A DNA stretch of 64,000 bases from an uncultured Candidatus Actinomarina sp. (GTDB lineage Bacteria; Actinomycetota; Acidimicrobiia; Actinomarinales; Actinomarinaceae). Position numbers and translations under genes: made by a program. Under the pieces are notes generated by a model that saw only the letters and a program-made list of their open reading frames with translations, searched no databases and was not told the origin of the DNA. The stretch spans positions 53,427-117,426 of the forward strand of contig CACASI010000001.1 in NCBI GenBank assembly GCA_902535055.1, read 5' to 3'. Of the stretch, positions 50,054 through 58,311 are shown in pieces; positions within the stretch are counted from its first letter, which is position 1; each line of letters starts with the position of its first letter.

Positions 50054-51406
50054 CTAATCTAATGAAAAAAGTTTTTCTAACTCATTTGCAAGAAAATCTA
50101 GTTTTAAATCTGTTGCTTCAAACTTTTTATAGTCAAAATTACACGCATCCCAAAGTATCGGGAAATCAAGTATTTCAGAATAATCTTGATTAAATGAATT
50201 CAGTTTTAAAACAACACTCTCATCGAGTCCATTCACTTTTCTATAATCAAAATCATTGTTATAAATAGCATAAAGTACAGCTAAATCGATTGGCTGTAAA
50301 GTAATAAATTGATCTTCTTGATATGACGTACTCACAATAGAATCAGAACAATTGTTATGATTTAAACCAAATGCATGAGCTAGTTCATGAATTAAAATAT
50401 GTTCACCTAAATTACTGTCTTCATCAACCCATATAACACCATGATTTGGTTTGATTTTATTATCGTTAAAAGTAGATCGATAATATCCAATAAACTCATC
50501 ACAAGAAAGTGTTGGAGATGAGTCAACGCATAAAGATTTATGTATATAAAGCGTCCCCTCATCTTGATCTGTTGCAAAATTAATTTCGAGATCAGGAGCT
50601 ACATCTTTCATCATATCAATAAACAATGCAACAGCAGTTAACTCACTATCTGTGAAATCTCCAAAGAAAACAAGGTTTACAGGAGATAATAATTTATGGT
50701 GATTGTATCTTGTCCACTCTAGATTTTCTTGATCCCAATCGTAAATCGATAAAAATAATGCTTTATCCGAAACTTTAGCATATGAATTAAAATTGTCTAT
50801 GGATAGCTGGTTACTTAATTGAACATAATCAAAAAATTTATTTTCTACAGAAAGATCTTTAAAGTACCACTCAGGGACAACTGATTCATTTATATTTACA
50901 AAATATCTTGATGAATCATCGTGAATTTCAGTTTCGTAATCTCTAAAGAGGTTTGCACCACATACATCATTATTTATAAATTTCACATAAAGTGATAATG
51001 AAAAAGTTATTTCGCTAGAACCAGAATATGTATTTAAAGGCATAGTAAAAGGGTTACTAATTGTGTGAACTCTATTTTTGGTTGATAAATAAACTGGTTT
51101 GATAAAGTGATAATCTAAACCAAGAGTGTAATTTGTATTTTTGTCAGCAAAATCAAAATTAAGAAATATCTGCTTTATTCCATCATCTTCTGGAAATTTA
51201 TTAAATACAATATAAAAATTATTAAATTCTTCACTAAATTTATATTCAATTTTATCAGTAAGTGAATAACAATAAGAATCAACAACAAGTTGGAAGCTTT
51301 CCTCTTTCATTTTCGTAGCTTTATTGTCTGCATCGATTACTAATGATAAAAATGACACCGAGAATAAATATATAATTAAAAATGATAAGTCTGTTATATT
51401 TCGCAT
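50054..51406 (-). CDS. secreted metzincin-type zinc metalloprotease
   Basis: 450 aa with an N-terminal signal/anchor. It has the HExxHxxGxxH motif (HELAHAFGLNH) characteristic of metzincins (matrixin/astacin-like). Confidence 0.6.
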   Translation of the reverse strand: MRNITDLSFLIIYLFSVSFLSLVIDADNKATKMKEESFQLVVDSYCYSLTDKIEYKFSEEFNNFYIVFNKFPEDDGIKQIFLNFDFADKNTNYTLGLDYHFIKPVYLSTKNRVHTISNPFTMPLNTYSGSSEITFSLSLYVKFINNDVCGANLFRDYETEIHDDSSRYFVNINESVVPEWYFKDLSVENKFFDYVQLSNQLSIDNFNSYAKVSDKALFLSIYDWDQENLEWTRYNHHKLLSPVNLVFFGDFTDSELTAVALFIDMMKDVAPDLEINFATDQDEGTLYIHKSLCVDSSPTLSCDEFIGYYRSTFNDNKIKPNHGVIWVDEDSNLGEHILIHELAHAFGLNHNNCSDSIVSTSYQEDQFITLQPIDLAVLYAIYNNDFDYRKVNGLDESVVLKLNSFNQDYSEILDFPILWDACNFDYKKFEATDLKLDFLANELEKLFSLD

Positions 51407-51459
51407 AATTTATTAAACAAAAGCAGAGTAAATTATTACCCTGCTTTTGTACCGCTTAA

Positions 51460-52635
51460 TTAGGAGTTTTTTCCTAGCCAATAATTCCATTTAAGAGCAA
51501 CGTTACTCCATACAAATGAATCTTTTCCAACTTCTGTAATTGATTCCCTCTGAGACACTGCCTCATTTATGGTTTCAATAATTTCATAGCCATATTCATC
51601 CCAGGCTTTTTTCATTGTTTGAAAATCAAAAAGGCCCTTCTCTTCGAATATTCTAAAGCTTGAAAGAGATGGCAATAAAGCACCTCTATTCAAAGTATTA
51701 GTTGGTTTTCCGTATTTATCTACAACCATAGTTTCTTTAAAGGATTCAGAAATTCTTAAACTTCCAAACCTTCCACCATTTTCGTTATAGATCTGTTCTG
51801 CCGTGCACAACATGTAATCACGTATAGCCAATATATTTTTTAATTTTGTTTTTGTGACTTGGAATTTTATTTTTCCTTCATCCGTAGCAAACATATTAAC
51901 TAATGAAGACTTAGATGAATATGGTCTAGTCAACAATTTGTCAGTGCTTCCAGATGGAAACATGTCACTGTTAGTTGCCCATAGATATCCAAGTAAATCT
52001 CTACTGTCTATAGCAAATAAAGTTTTATCATCATCTTTATATTCATTTTGCCTAAATTGAATACTGTCTTTCCATGTTTCTGGAAGTTTAGATATGATAT
52101 CACTAAATTCATTTCTCATATGAAGCAATGTTTCTTTAGTAACACTTACAGATGAATTTTGACCTTCAGCAATAGCTGCAATGGATTCTCTGTCTTTTAT
52201 TCCACCAAAAAATCGAACAATAACTTGTTGATTAGACAACTCTTGTTCTGGAGATTTTCCAGCATCATTCATTGCATCACAGACTTCTCTGATAGCTCTA
52301 TATGTGTGTGCACCATTTAATACACCATTAAGATCATCTGGTTCTTCACTCAGTTCGATAGTAATTGGTTTTGTGGTGTCTTTATCAAGCAATACACTTA
52401 AACAATTAATGGTTATACCTTGGTTTTTATACCTAAATAATCCATCATTGCTTTCTAATGATTCCTTAATCCCTTTAGTAACTGCATTTGTCATTTTCTG
52501 ATGTCTTGGATTAGCATCAGTTGATATTTCTGGTGCTCTCCATAAATCAGAAACATTAACAATAGCAGTATGTTCTCTTTTTTTAGGATCATTTGAGTCA
52601 GGATGACTCTTTATAGTTTGAATATATAATTTCAT
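51460..52635 (-). CDS. orphan hypothetical protein carried by the islet
   Basis: About 391 aa from the internal ATG (the track ORF starts at an upstream GTG, 52668). There is no signal peptide, P-loop or tyrosine/serine-recombinase motif. It has a weak DGQHR/ParB-like segment (VLNGAHTYRAI). The upstream region contains the ATGGTACACAA repeat. Confidence 0.4.
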   Translation of the reverse strand: MKLYIQTIKSHPDSNDPKKREHTAIVNVSDLWRAPEISTDANPRHQKMTNAVTKGIKESLESNDGLFRYKNQGITINCLSVLLDKDTTKPITIELSEEPDDLNGVLNGAHTYRAIREVCDAMNDAGKSPEQELSNQQVIVRFFGGIKDRESIAAIAEGQNSSVSVTKETLLHMRNEFSDIISKLPETWKDSIQFRQNEYKDDDKTLFAIDSRDLLGYLWATNSDMFPSGSTDKLLTRPYSSKSSLVNMFATDEGKIKFQVTKTKLKNILAIRDYMLCTAEQIYNENGGRFGSLRISESFKETMVVDKYGKPTNTLNRGALLPSLSSFRIFEEKGLFDFQTMKKAWDEYGYEIIETINEAVSQRESITEVGKDSFVWSNVALKWNYWLGKNS

Positions 52636-52849
52636 ATATATCTCTCTTTCTGTGGACTTTCGCCGCACTATTTTTTTAATGTGACATTTCTGCGCACATA
52701 GTGATTTTTACAAATTGCAAAAATCTTAATTATTATACCATAAATTTAAAGAAAAATCGAAAATGGTACACAAACGACACACAAATTAGATAATAAAAAT
52801 TTTAAATAAAAAGATTAGACATAAAAGCCTATGTTTTTTGATTATTTTG

Positions 52850-52922
52850 TGGGAGATACAAGATTTGAACTTGTGACATCTACCTTGTCGAGGTAGCGCT
52901 CTGCCAGACTGAGCTAATCTCC
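52850..52922 (-). tRNA. tRNA-Val (anticodon GAC)
   Basis: The cloverleaf has acceptor GGGAGAU/AUCUCCC, D-arm GCUC/GAGC, anticodon stem CUACC/GGUAG with loop UCGACAA, and T-arm ACAAG-UUCAAAU-CUUGU. CCA is not encoded. Position 33 appears to be C rather than U. Confidence 0.8.
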
Positions 52923-52965
52923 CGTATAAAAAAATATAGCAGTATAAATACGATTTGTAGAATAA

Positions 52966-53169
52966 TTATTCTTCTACTGTTACTAAACGTTTTCCAAATC
53001 GTAAAAATAATCTTTCCGTAAGTTCAATAATAAGATTTAATATCCAAAGGCCTATATACAAAGCAATAAAAATGTTTATTAATTGAATTAAAGCTGACAC
53101 AATCAGGCTGTAGACAATAATCCAAGATATTGTAAATTTAAATGAATATATGGGTGACTGGCTATTCAT
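52966..53169 (-). CDS. small hydrophobic protein
   Basis: 67 aa with two TM helices. It overlaps the SRAP gene stop by 1 nt. Confidence 0.3.
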   Translation of the reverse strand: MNSQSPIYSFKFTISWIIVYSLIVSALIQLINIFIALYIGLWILNLIIELTERLFLRFGKRLVTVEE

Positions 53170-53813
53170 TAGAAAGGTAGCTCCGTGAATTCCTTAATTA
53201 ATTCTTCATTATTGTTTTTTGGATTATTAACTGATTTAGATACCTGATAAAACTCAATAAGATTTCCAAAATCATGGGATATATCTGAATGTATATCTTC
53301 AGGATCATCGTCTGATAACCAAACACCCATTGAAACATCATCAAGTATAAGTGGAGATCTATCATGTACTTGATTTATCTCAACTGGTGCAGCCGTTGTT
53401 ATAATTGTAAATTCTGTTGAACCATCTGACCGTTCCCAATACAAGCCAGCCGCTAGCAAATTTTCATCATTGGTATTTTTAAAAAAATATGGTTGTTTTC
53501 CCTCATCTACTACTTTCCATTCATACCATCCAGATATTGGAACTAGACATCTACTTTTTTTGAATGCAGATATAAATGTTTTCTTTTCTAATAGGGACTC
53601 AAATCTTGTATTAAACAATGGTCTTGAATTACTTTGATCTTTTAACCATTGCGGATAATACCCCCAAGTACATTCTTTTAACTTGTTGTCAATGACAACC
53701 GGAACTGAGGTCTGTGGTGCAATATTGAAATTCTCTTCAAAAGAAAACCCATCAATATTTTCTACAAATGAAAGATTGCCTAAATCAATTGAAAAATAAT
53801 ATCTTCCGCACAT
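53169..53813 (-). CDS. SOS response-associated peptidase (SRAP / YedK / DUF159), an abasic-site processing protein
   Basis: 214 aa beginning MCGRY, the invariant SRAP N-terminal Cys2 motif. Confidence 0.85.
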   Translation of the reverse strand: MCGRYYFSIDLGNLSFVENIDGFSFEENFNIAPQTSVPVVIDNKLKECTWGYYPQWLKDQSNSRPLFNTRFESLLEKKTFISAFKKSRCLVPISGWYEWKVVDEGKQPYFFKNTNDENLLAAGLYWERSDGSTEFTIITTAAPVEINQVHDRSPLILDDVSMGVWLSDDDPEDIHSDISHDFGNLIEFYQVSKSVNNPKNNNEELIKEFTELPF

Positions 53814-54491
53814 TTATATATCCAAGACTGATAATTCTAATACATCACCGTTTTCATATGTGTGTTCATCTTTCTTGTGCATAATATGTACATTTTGATC
53901 TCCTATCACTTCTAATTTATCATTATTTAACAAAAGATAAGTATTCATTTCTAATCCCAAAATTTTGTATTTAGATTTGTGTATCTGTTTAGAGGATGAA
54001 AGTATTGCTTTATAGAGTACTTCATTCCAGTGTGGCAAAACCATAGAGTTTTTGAAGAAACCAAATCCTTTACCTTTATTCATTTTTTCACCCATAATCA
54101 TTGCACCTGCGCTGCAGCCAGCAAGTATTCCACCATTGTTATGAATGTTTAGCAGTTTTTCCCAAGCTAATGATGAACTTAACGTATCATAAAGGTGATT
54201 TGGATTCCCACCAGAAAAATAAATAAAATTTGCTTTTTCTATTTCAGCTAAAGTTTCTGGTTTATTGTAATCGTCAACATTAAGTGCTCTTATAGATTTA
54301 TGATTTACATTCAATTTTGTGAAATGATCATTTCCTAGATCAAGCCAATATTGAATTCTGTCTTTACTTTCCAAACCAGCAGCTGTAGGAAAACAAAGAA
54401 CGTAAGGATCATCTTTTAATTTATTTAACAATATTTCGTCATAGGGACGAATTATATCTAAATATTCTCCAGCACCAGTTATAGCTATCAT
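53814..54491 (-). CDS. S51 peptidase E-like / type 1 glutamine amidotransferase-like protein
   Basis: 225 aa with FSGGNPNHL ... GGILAGCSAGAMIMG, matching the peptidase E / cyanophycinase nucleophile-elbow pattern. Confidence 0.6.
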   Translation of the reverse strand: MIAITGAGEYLDIIRPYDEILLNKLKDDPYVLCFPTAAGLESKDRIQYWLDLGNDHFTKLNVNHKSIRALNVDDYNKPETLAEIEKANFIYFSGGNPNHLYDTLSSSLAWEKLLNIHNNGGILAGCSAGAMIMGEKMNKGKGFGFFKNSMVLPHWNEVLYKAILSSSKQIHKSKYKILGLEMNTYLLLNNDKLEVIGDQNVHIMHKKDEHTYENGDVLELSVLDI

Positions 54492-54500
54492 CTATCTTTG

Positions 54501-54571
54501 AGGCGACGACCGGAATCGAACCGGTGTACAAGGTTTTGCAGACCTCTGCGTAGCCACTCCGCCACGTCGCC
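54501..54571 (-). tRNA. tRNA-Cys (anticodon GCA)
   Basis: Acceptor GGCGACG/CGUCGCC, anticodon stem GAGGU/ACCUU with loop CUGCAAA, and T-arm ACCGG-UUCGAUU-CCGGU. Confidence 0.8.
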
Positions 54572-54577
54572 GTGAAG

Positions 54578-54651
54578 AGCGGTAGAAGGGATTCGAACCC
54601 TCGACCTTCTCGTTGGCAACGAGACGCTCTAGCCAGCTGAGCTACTACCGC
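54578..54651 (-). tRNA. tRNA-Gly (anticodon GCC)
   Basis: Acceptor GCGGUAG/CUACCGC, D-arm GCUC/GAGC, anticodon stem UCUCG/CGAGA with loop UUGCCAA, and T-arm GAGGG-UUCGAAU-CCCUU. It lies 6 nt from tRNA-Cys. Confidence 0.85.
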
Positions 54652-54693
54652 AATAAATTAATAATAGTTTATCTACGTTATTTATAAAAAGAA

Positions 54694-55131
54694 TTAATCA
54701 GTTGATCCAAAACCACCTGTAGATCTTTCTGTATCAGGTAAGTTGTCTACAATTTTAAATTCAACACTATTTGTATTGATTAGTACCAATTGAGCGATTC
54801 TGTCTCCAATGCTTATCTGATAATCAGTACTCCCATGATTAATAAGTGGCACCATTAATTCACCTGTGTAACCCGGATCAACTAGTCCAGGGCTATTAAT
54901 TAATGTAATTTTATGTTTTGAAGCTAAGCCAGAACGGGGTAAAACAAATCCAGCACATTGGTTAGGTAAATTTATTGCAATTCCAGTATTAATAAGTTGT
55001 ACTTCTTTCGAAGGAATTAAAACATCTACAGAAGAACTTATGTCATACCCTATATCAGAATCATGCTTTCGAGATGGTACAGTTGCATTATTATTAGTAA
55101 GTTGTATTTCTATCTCAATATTTTTATTCAA
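54694..55131 (-). CDS. dut: dUTP diphosphatase
   Basis: 145 aa with dUTPase motifs (AGFVLPRSGLASKH, GLVDPGYTGEL, GDRIAQL). Confidence 0.9.
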   Translation of the reverse strand: MNKNIEIEIQLTNNNATVPSRKHDSDIGYDISSSVDVLIPSKEVQLINTGIAINLPNQCAGFVLPRSGLASKHKITLINSPGLVDPGYTGELMVPLINHGSTDYQISIGDRIAQLVLINTNSVEFKIVDNLPDTERSTGGFGSTD

Positions 55132-55147
55132 TGGTAACCTTTCATTG

Positions 55148-56212
55148 ATGAATATTAGAGATTATCTTTTTATAAGGAAAGCGAAATCATCAAATAAAAT
55201 CAAAATTTTAGATGTTTTAGGTTTTGAGAGTGATATTACTTTGGTTCAAACACCCGACATCATCAAGGAAATGGACAACTTAAGATTATCATCTGAGTTA
55301 GAGATTGTTGATGAGGAAATAGAGGCTGTTGAAATTGCTCAACAATTAATAAATACTGATTATTCAACTGAACAAAATGTACAAGAACAAATAACAGATG
55401 AGTCACCTAATACTGAGACATTTGTTCCGTTAAATATAACAACTCAAATTAGAAAAATATGGACAGACTTAGAAAAAAGAAGACAATGGGTCGTACCTGC
55501 TTTGTTGATTGTATCGGGAATCTTCATTGTCAGCTCAATATCGATTTTCTTTATAAATATACGTAATGAAAATATAGCTTCGGAGACTTTAACTAACTCA
55601 ATTACTGAAAATACGAATATTTCAGTTGAAAACTTGCCAGAATTGTTAGCTGTTGCAACAAACCCTTTTTATTCTCGATATGATGTCTCCAATGCGAGTG
55701 CTAATTTACAAATTATTGAAACTTTTTTAATTCAGTATGAAACGGACATAGTTAATAGAGAAATTCCAAACAGATCAGACGTTGAAGAATCTTTAAACCA
55801 GCTATTCGATATTGTAGATAAATTAGATCAATTATTTACATATAGAATAATGCATTCTGAAATTTTAATCTATGAAGACATTTTAAATATCGACGAAGAT
55901 ACAGTAATTGATGATCTTGCAAGCGAGTTGTCCTCAATTGGTGCAAAAAGTAACCTTAATGGCAATACTTTGCCCAATATTGATGAATTCACAGAACACA
56001 AACAATTAGTTAATTCAGCTCTAGTAACTGCTCAAGATTTACATGGACGATTGATAGCGTCACTAAGAAATAATGAGGTTGAAGTAGCTAATACACTCAT
56101 AATTGCTATTGATTTGAATAAAAATTCAGAAATTTCCTTTTTTAATGATTCATTGTTAGATTTTCAGGAAAAATATGGATCAATTCTAGGAAGTATAGAA
56201 AAATTACCTTAA
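55148..56212 (+). CDS. hypothetical single-pass membrane protein
   Basis: About 354 aa from the internal ATG (the track ORF start overlaps dut). It has one TM helix near residue 130 and an acidic, Asn/Ile-rich sequence. There is a 4-nt overlap with the nrdR stop on the opposite strand. Confidence 0.35.
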   Translation: MNIRDYLFIRKAKSSNKIKILDVLGFESDITLVQTPDIIKEMDNLRLSSELEIVDEEIEAVEIAQQLINTDYSTEQNVQEQITDESPNTETFVPLNITTQIRKIWTDLEKRRQWVVPALLIVSGIFIVSSISIFFINIRNENIASETLTNSITENTNISVENLPELLAVATNPFYSRYDVSNASANLQIIETFLIQYETDIVNREIPNRSDVEESLNQLFDIVDKLDQLFTYRIMHSEILIYEDILNIDEDTVIDDLASELSSIGAKSNLNGNTLPNIDEFTEHKQLVNSALVTAQDLHGRLIASLRNNEVEVANTLIIAIDLNKNSEISFFNDSLLDFQEKYGSILGSIEKLP

Positions 56213-56643
56213 TTTAGCTCTGCTGCTTCTTTTTCGAAGTCAGTTACATCAGAAAATTCTTTATATACCGAAGCAAACCTTAGATATGCAACTTCGTTTA
56301 TATCTTTGAGGTGAATAAGTACAGTTTCACCAATTATTTTTGATTTTATTTTTTTTCCATGTGATTTTATATCTTTGTGGACATTGTTTACAAGAGTTTT
56401 AAGTTTCTTTTCGCTAATATCTATTCCGCCAAAAGCATTATCTATCCCTTGATATAACTTTTCATAGCTAAATTCCTCAATTTCCCCATTTCTTTTTTCC
56501 ACCATTAAAGTTATATCTGCTTTTTCATATGTTGTAAAACGAAGTCCACAAGTTGAACATTCTCTTCTTCTACGAATACCTTCGCTGTTTTTTCTAGAAT
56601 CAATAACACTAGTTACGCAATCGTCACCAAATGGACATACCAT
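56209..56643 (-). CDS. nrdR: transcriptional repressor NrdR
   Basis: 144 aa with an N-terminal zinc ribbon (CPFGDDC...CSTCGLRF) and an ATP-cone domain. Confidence 0.9.
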   Translation of the reverse strand: MVCPFGDDCVTSVIDSRKNSEGIRRRRECSTCGLRFTTYEKADITLMVEKRNGEIEEFSYEKLYQGIDNAFGGIDISEKKLKTLVNNVHKDIKSHGKKIKSKIIGETVLIHLKDINEVAYLRFASVYKEFSDVTDFEKEAAELN

Positions 56644-56686
56644 ATATGGTATATTATAGAAATGAGAGAATTTTGTAACAAATAAA

Positions 56687-56944
56687 TTAAGGAATAATTA
56701 AGATTTGATCTTCAAAAATCTCTGAATTTTCTAAATTATTTACCTTTTTAGTCTGAAATAGAAATTCTTCAATGTTTGTTTTACCAAATTTCATGCCAAT
56801 ACCCCACAACGAATCACCTTTTGTAACCCTATATGTCGAATTTTCATAAAAGTCATTGTTTGTTGATGATATTGGCTTAATTATTGGTGTAGTAACCAAC
56901 GAAAATATGATTAAAAATAGTAAAGTAATAATTTTTTCCTTCAT
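56687..56944 (-). CDS. LysM-domain protein, divergent from lexA
   Basis: 85 aa with a signal peptide and a C-terminal LysM (YRVTKGDSLWGIGMKFGKTNIEEF). The arrangement mirrors the mycobacterial LysM gene (Rv2719c) that is divergent from lexA. Confidence 0.6.
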   Translation of the reverse strand: MKEKIITLLFLIIFSLVTTPIIKPISSTNNDFYENSTYRVTKGDSLWGIGMKFGKTNIEEFLFQTKKVNNLENSEIFEDQILIIP

Positions 56945-56979
56945 AATTAAATATTAAAAACAAGATATGACAGTTTTAT

Positions 56980-56995
56980 TCGAACAAATGTGCTA
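56980..56995. promoter_or_regulatory. putative LexA (Cheo-type) SOS box shared by lexA and the divergent LysM gene
   Basis: TTCGAACAAATGTGCT matches GAAC-N4-GTTC with one mismatch (GTGC). It lies in the 61-bp divergent intergenic region upstream of lexA. Confidence 0.55.
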
Positions 56996-57005
56996 ATATT
57001 ATTTT

Positions 57006-57593
57006 ATGGTATCTGACAAACAAAAAAATATTTTGAATTTTATTAACATTTTTGTTGAAAAAAACGGTTATGCACCTTCAGTAAGGGAAATTTGTACGGG
57101 TGTTGGTCTAAAATCGACAAGTACAGTCCAATATCATATAGAAAAATTAATTAATTCGGGTTATCTACAAAAAAACTACAAAAAATCTAGAGCTTTGACC
57201 GTAAATTCACAAGTACCTAAAAATAAAATACCAATTCTTGGTGAAATAGCTGCTGGTTCGTTGCTTACGGCAGAAGAAAACGTTATTGGATCTGTAAATT
57301 ATCCACATTCAGAGGAAACAACAGAACTATTTGCATTATCAGTTTCTGGTGATTCCATGAAAGATGAAGGAATACATGAAAAAGATTTAGTTATAATTGA
57401 CAAATCTTTACAAATTAAAAATGGTGATATTGGTGCTTTTTTGATTAATAACACTGAAGGTACGATAAAATTTTTAAGAAATATTGAGGGTAAAAACTAC
57501 TTAGTTCCTGCAAATAAAAATTATAAAAAAATTAAAGTAAATGAGAATATTCAGCCTATAGGTAAAGTTGTATCTCTAATTAGAGATATGTAA
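57006..57593 (+). CDS. lexA: LexA repressor
   Basis: 195 aa with an N-terminal winged HTH, an Ala-Gly cleavage site (GEIAAGS) and an S24 Ser/Lys dyad (VSGDSMKDEGI...IKFLR). Confidence 0.9.
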   Translation: MVSDKQKNILNFINIFVEKNGYAPSVREICTGVGLKSTSTVQYHIEKLINSGYLQKNYKKSRALTVNSQVPKNKIPILGEIAAGSLLTAEENVIGSVNYPHSEETTELFALSVSGDSMKDEGIHEKDLVIIDKSLQIKNGDIGAFLINNTEGTIKFLRNIEGKNYLVPANKNYKKIKVNENIQPIGKVVSLIRDM

Positions 57594-58311
57594 CAGAACC
57601 TTTTAAATAAATTTTTCCGTCTTCAAAACTCATATCAAGCTCACCACCAGGATATAACACAACTGCTTCATCCTGGACTTTATTATTAAATCTAAGAAAA
57701 GCATATAAAGCTAACGCACCGGAGCCGCATGCATCAGTTTCTCCCACTCCTCTTTCATTTACTCTTGCGTAAATAAATCGTTCATCAACGACTGAATATA
57801 TTTCAACGTTTACACCATCTTTAAACAAATCAGTATTGCGTGCTTTGTCTGAAAATGAATCAAGATCAAATTTATCAACATCATCTACTTCAAGCATTAA
57901 ATGAGGATTACCAACATTACTTGTTGTACATATTAAAGAATCAATTTCTACTTCTTTACCTATAGTTGGCATTGGTGCTTCTATTTTTACTGTATCATTT
58001 TCGACAACCGCTTCGATGTCCCCAACAGGAGCTTTAACAATTAATTTTGAATTATCCACAAGATTGTTATCAACGGCAAATTTTGCTGTACAACGAACAC
58101 CGTTTACACATAATTCTGCCGGAGTTCCATCATTATTGAAATAATGCATTTTGACAGTAAAAGAATTAATTTGTTCAATAAAAATAACACCATCAATTGG
58201 TAGAAGAGAATCTCCAACTATAGAAATAATTTCAATCTGAGAGAGATCTCTTTCATATGAACTGCATATGAAATCATTGCCAGTTCCTGACATATATACT
58301 TCATTTATCAT
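57580..58311 (-). CDS. dapF: diaminopimelate epimerase
   Basis: 243 aa with the N-terminal MSGTGNDF motif and a second catalytic Cys region (ACGSGA). Confidence 0.85.
   Translation of the reverse strand: MINEVYMSGTGNDFICSSYERDLSQIEIISIVGDSLLPIDGVIFIEQINSFTVKMHYFNNDGTPAELCVNGVRCTAKFAVDNNLVDNSKLIVKAPVGDIEAVVENDTVKIEAPMPTIGKEVEIDSLICTTSNVGNPHLMLEVDDVDKFDLDSFSDKARNTDLFKDGVNVEIYSVVDERFIYARVNERGVGETDACGSGALALYAFLRFNNKVQDEAVVLYPGGELDMSFEDGKIYLKGSVTYL

Larger units (their letters stand above)
49922..52846. mobile_element. 2.9 kb putative integrated islet (degenerate integrative element) at the 3' end of tRNA-Val
   Basis: It is bounded by the 50-bp direct repeat of the tRNA 3' half and has terminal iteron-like repeats about 100 bp inside each end. 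It carries a metzincin and an orphan 402 aa protein. No integrase is recognisable. Confidence 0.5.

Noticed and set aside
49981-50055. Possible CRISPR array, because of short direct repeats
   Set aside because: The repeats are 9 and 11 nt and abut each other with no spacers. There are no cas genes anywhere in the window.
49972-50193. Track ORF encoding MKFVSHVSHVSHVSHV..., which looks like a repeat-containing peptide
   Set aside because: It is simply the (GTTTCCCAT)x4 DNA tandem repeat translated. It also overlaps the C-terminus of the metzincin gene on the opposite strand, so it is treated as non-coding repeat DNA.
51460-52668. The 402 aa islet protein as the missing tyrosine integrase
   Set aside because: It has no R...HxxR...Y catalytic motifs and no phage-integrase-like C-terminal domain. 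It has no serine-recombinase N-terminal Ser motif either. It is kept only as a candidate novel function.
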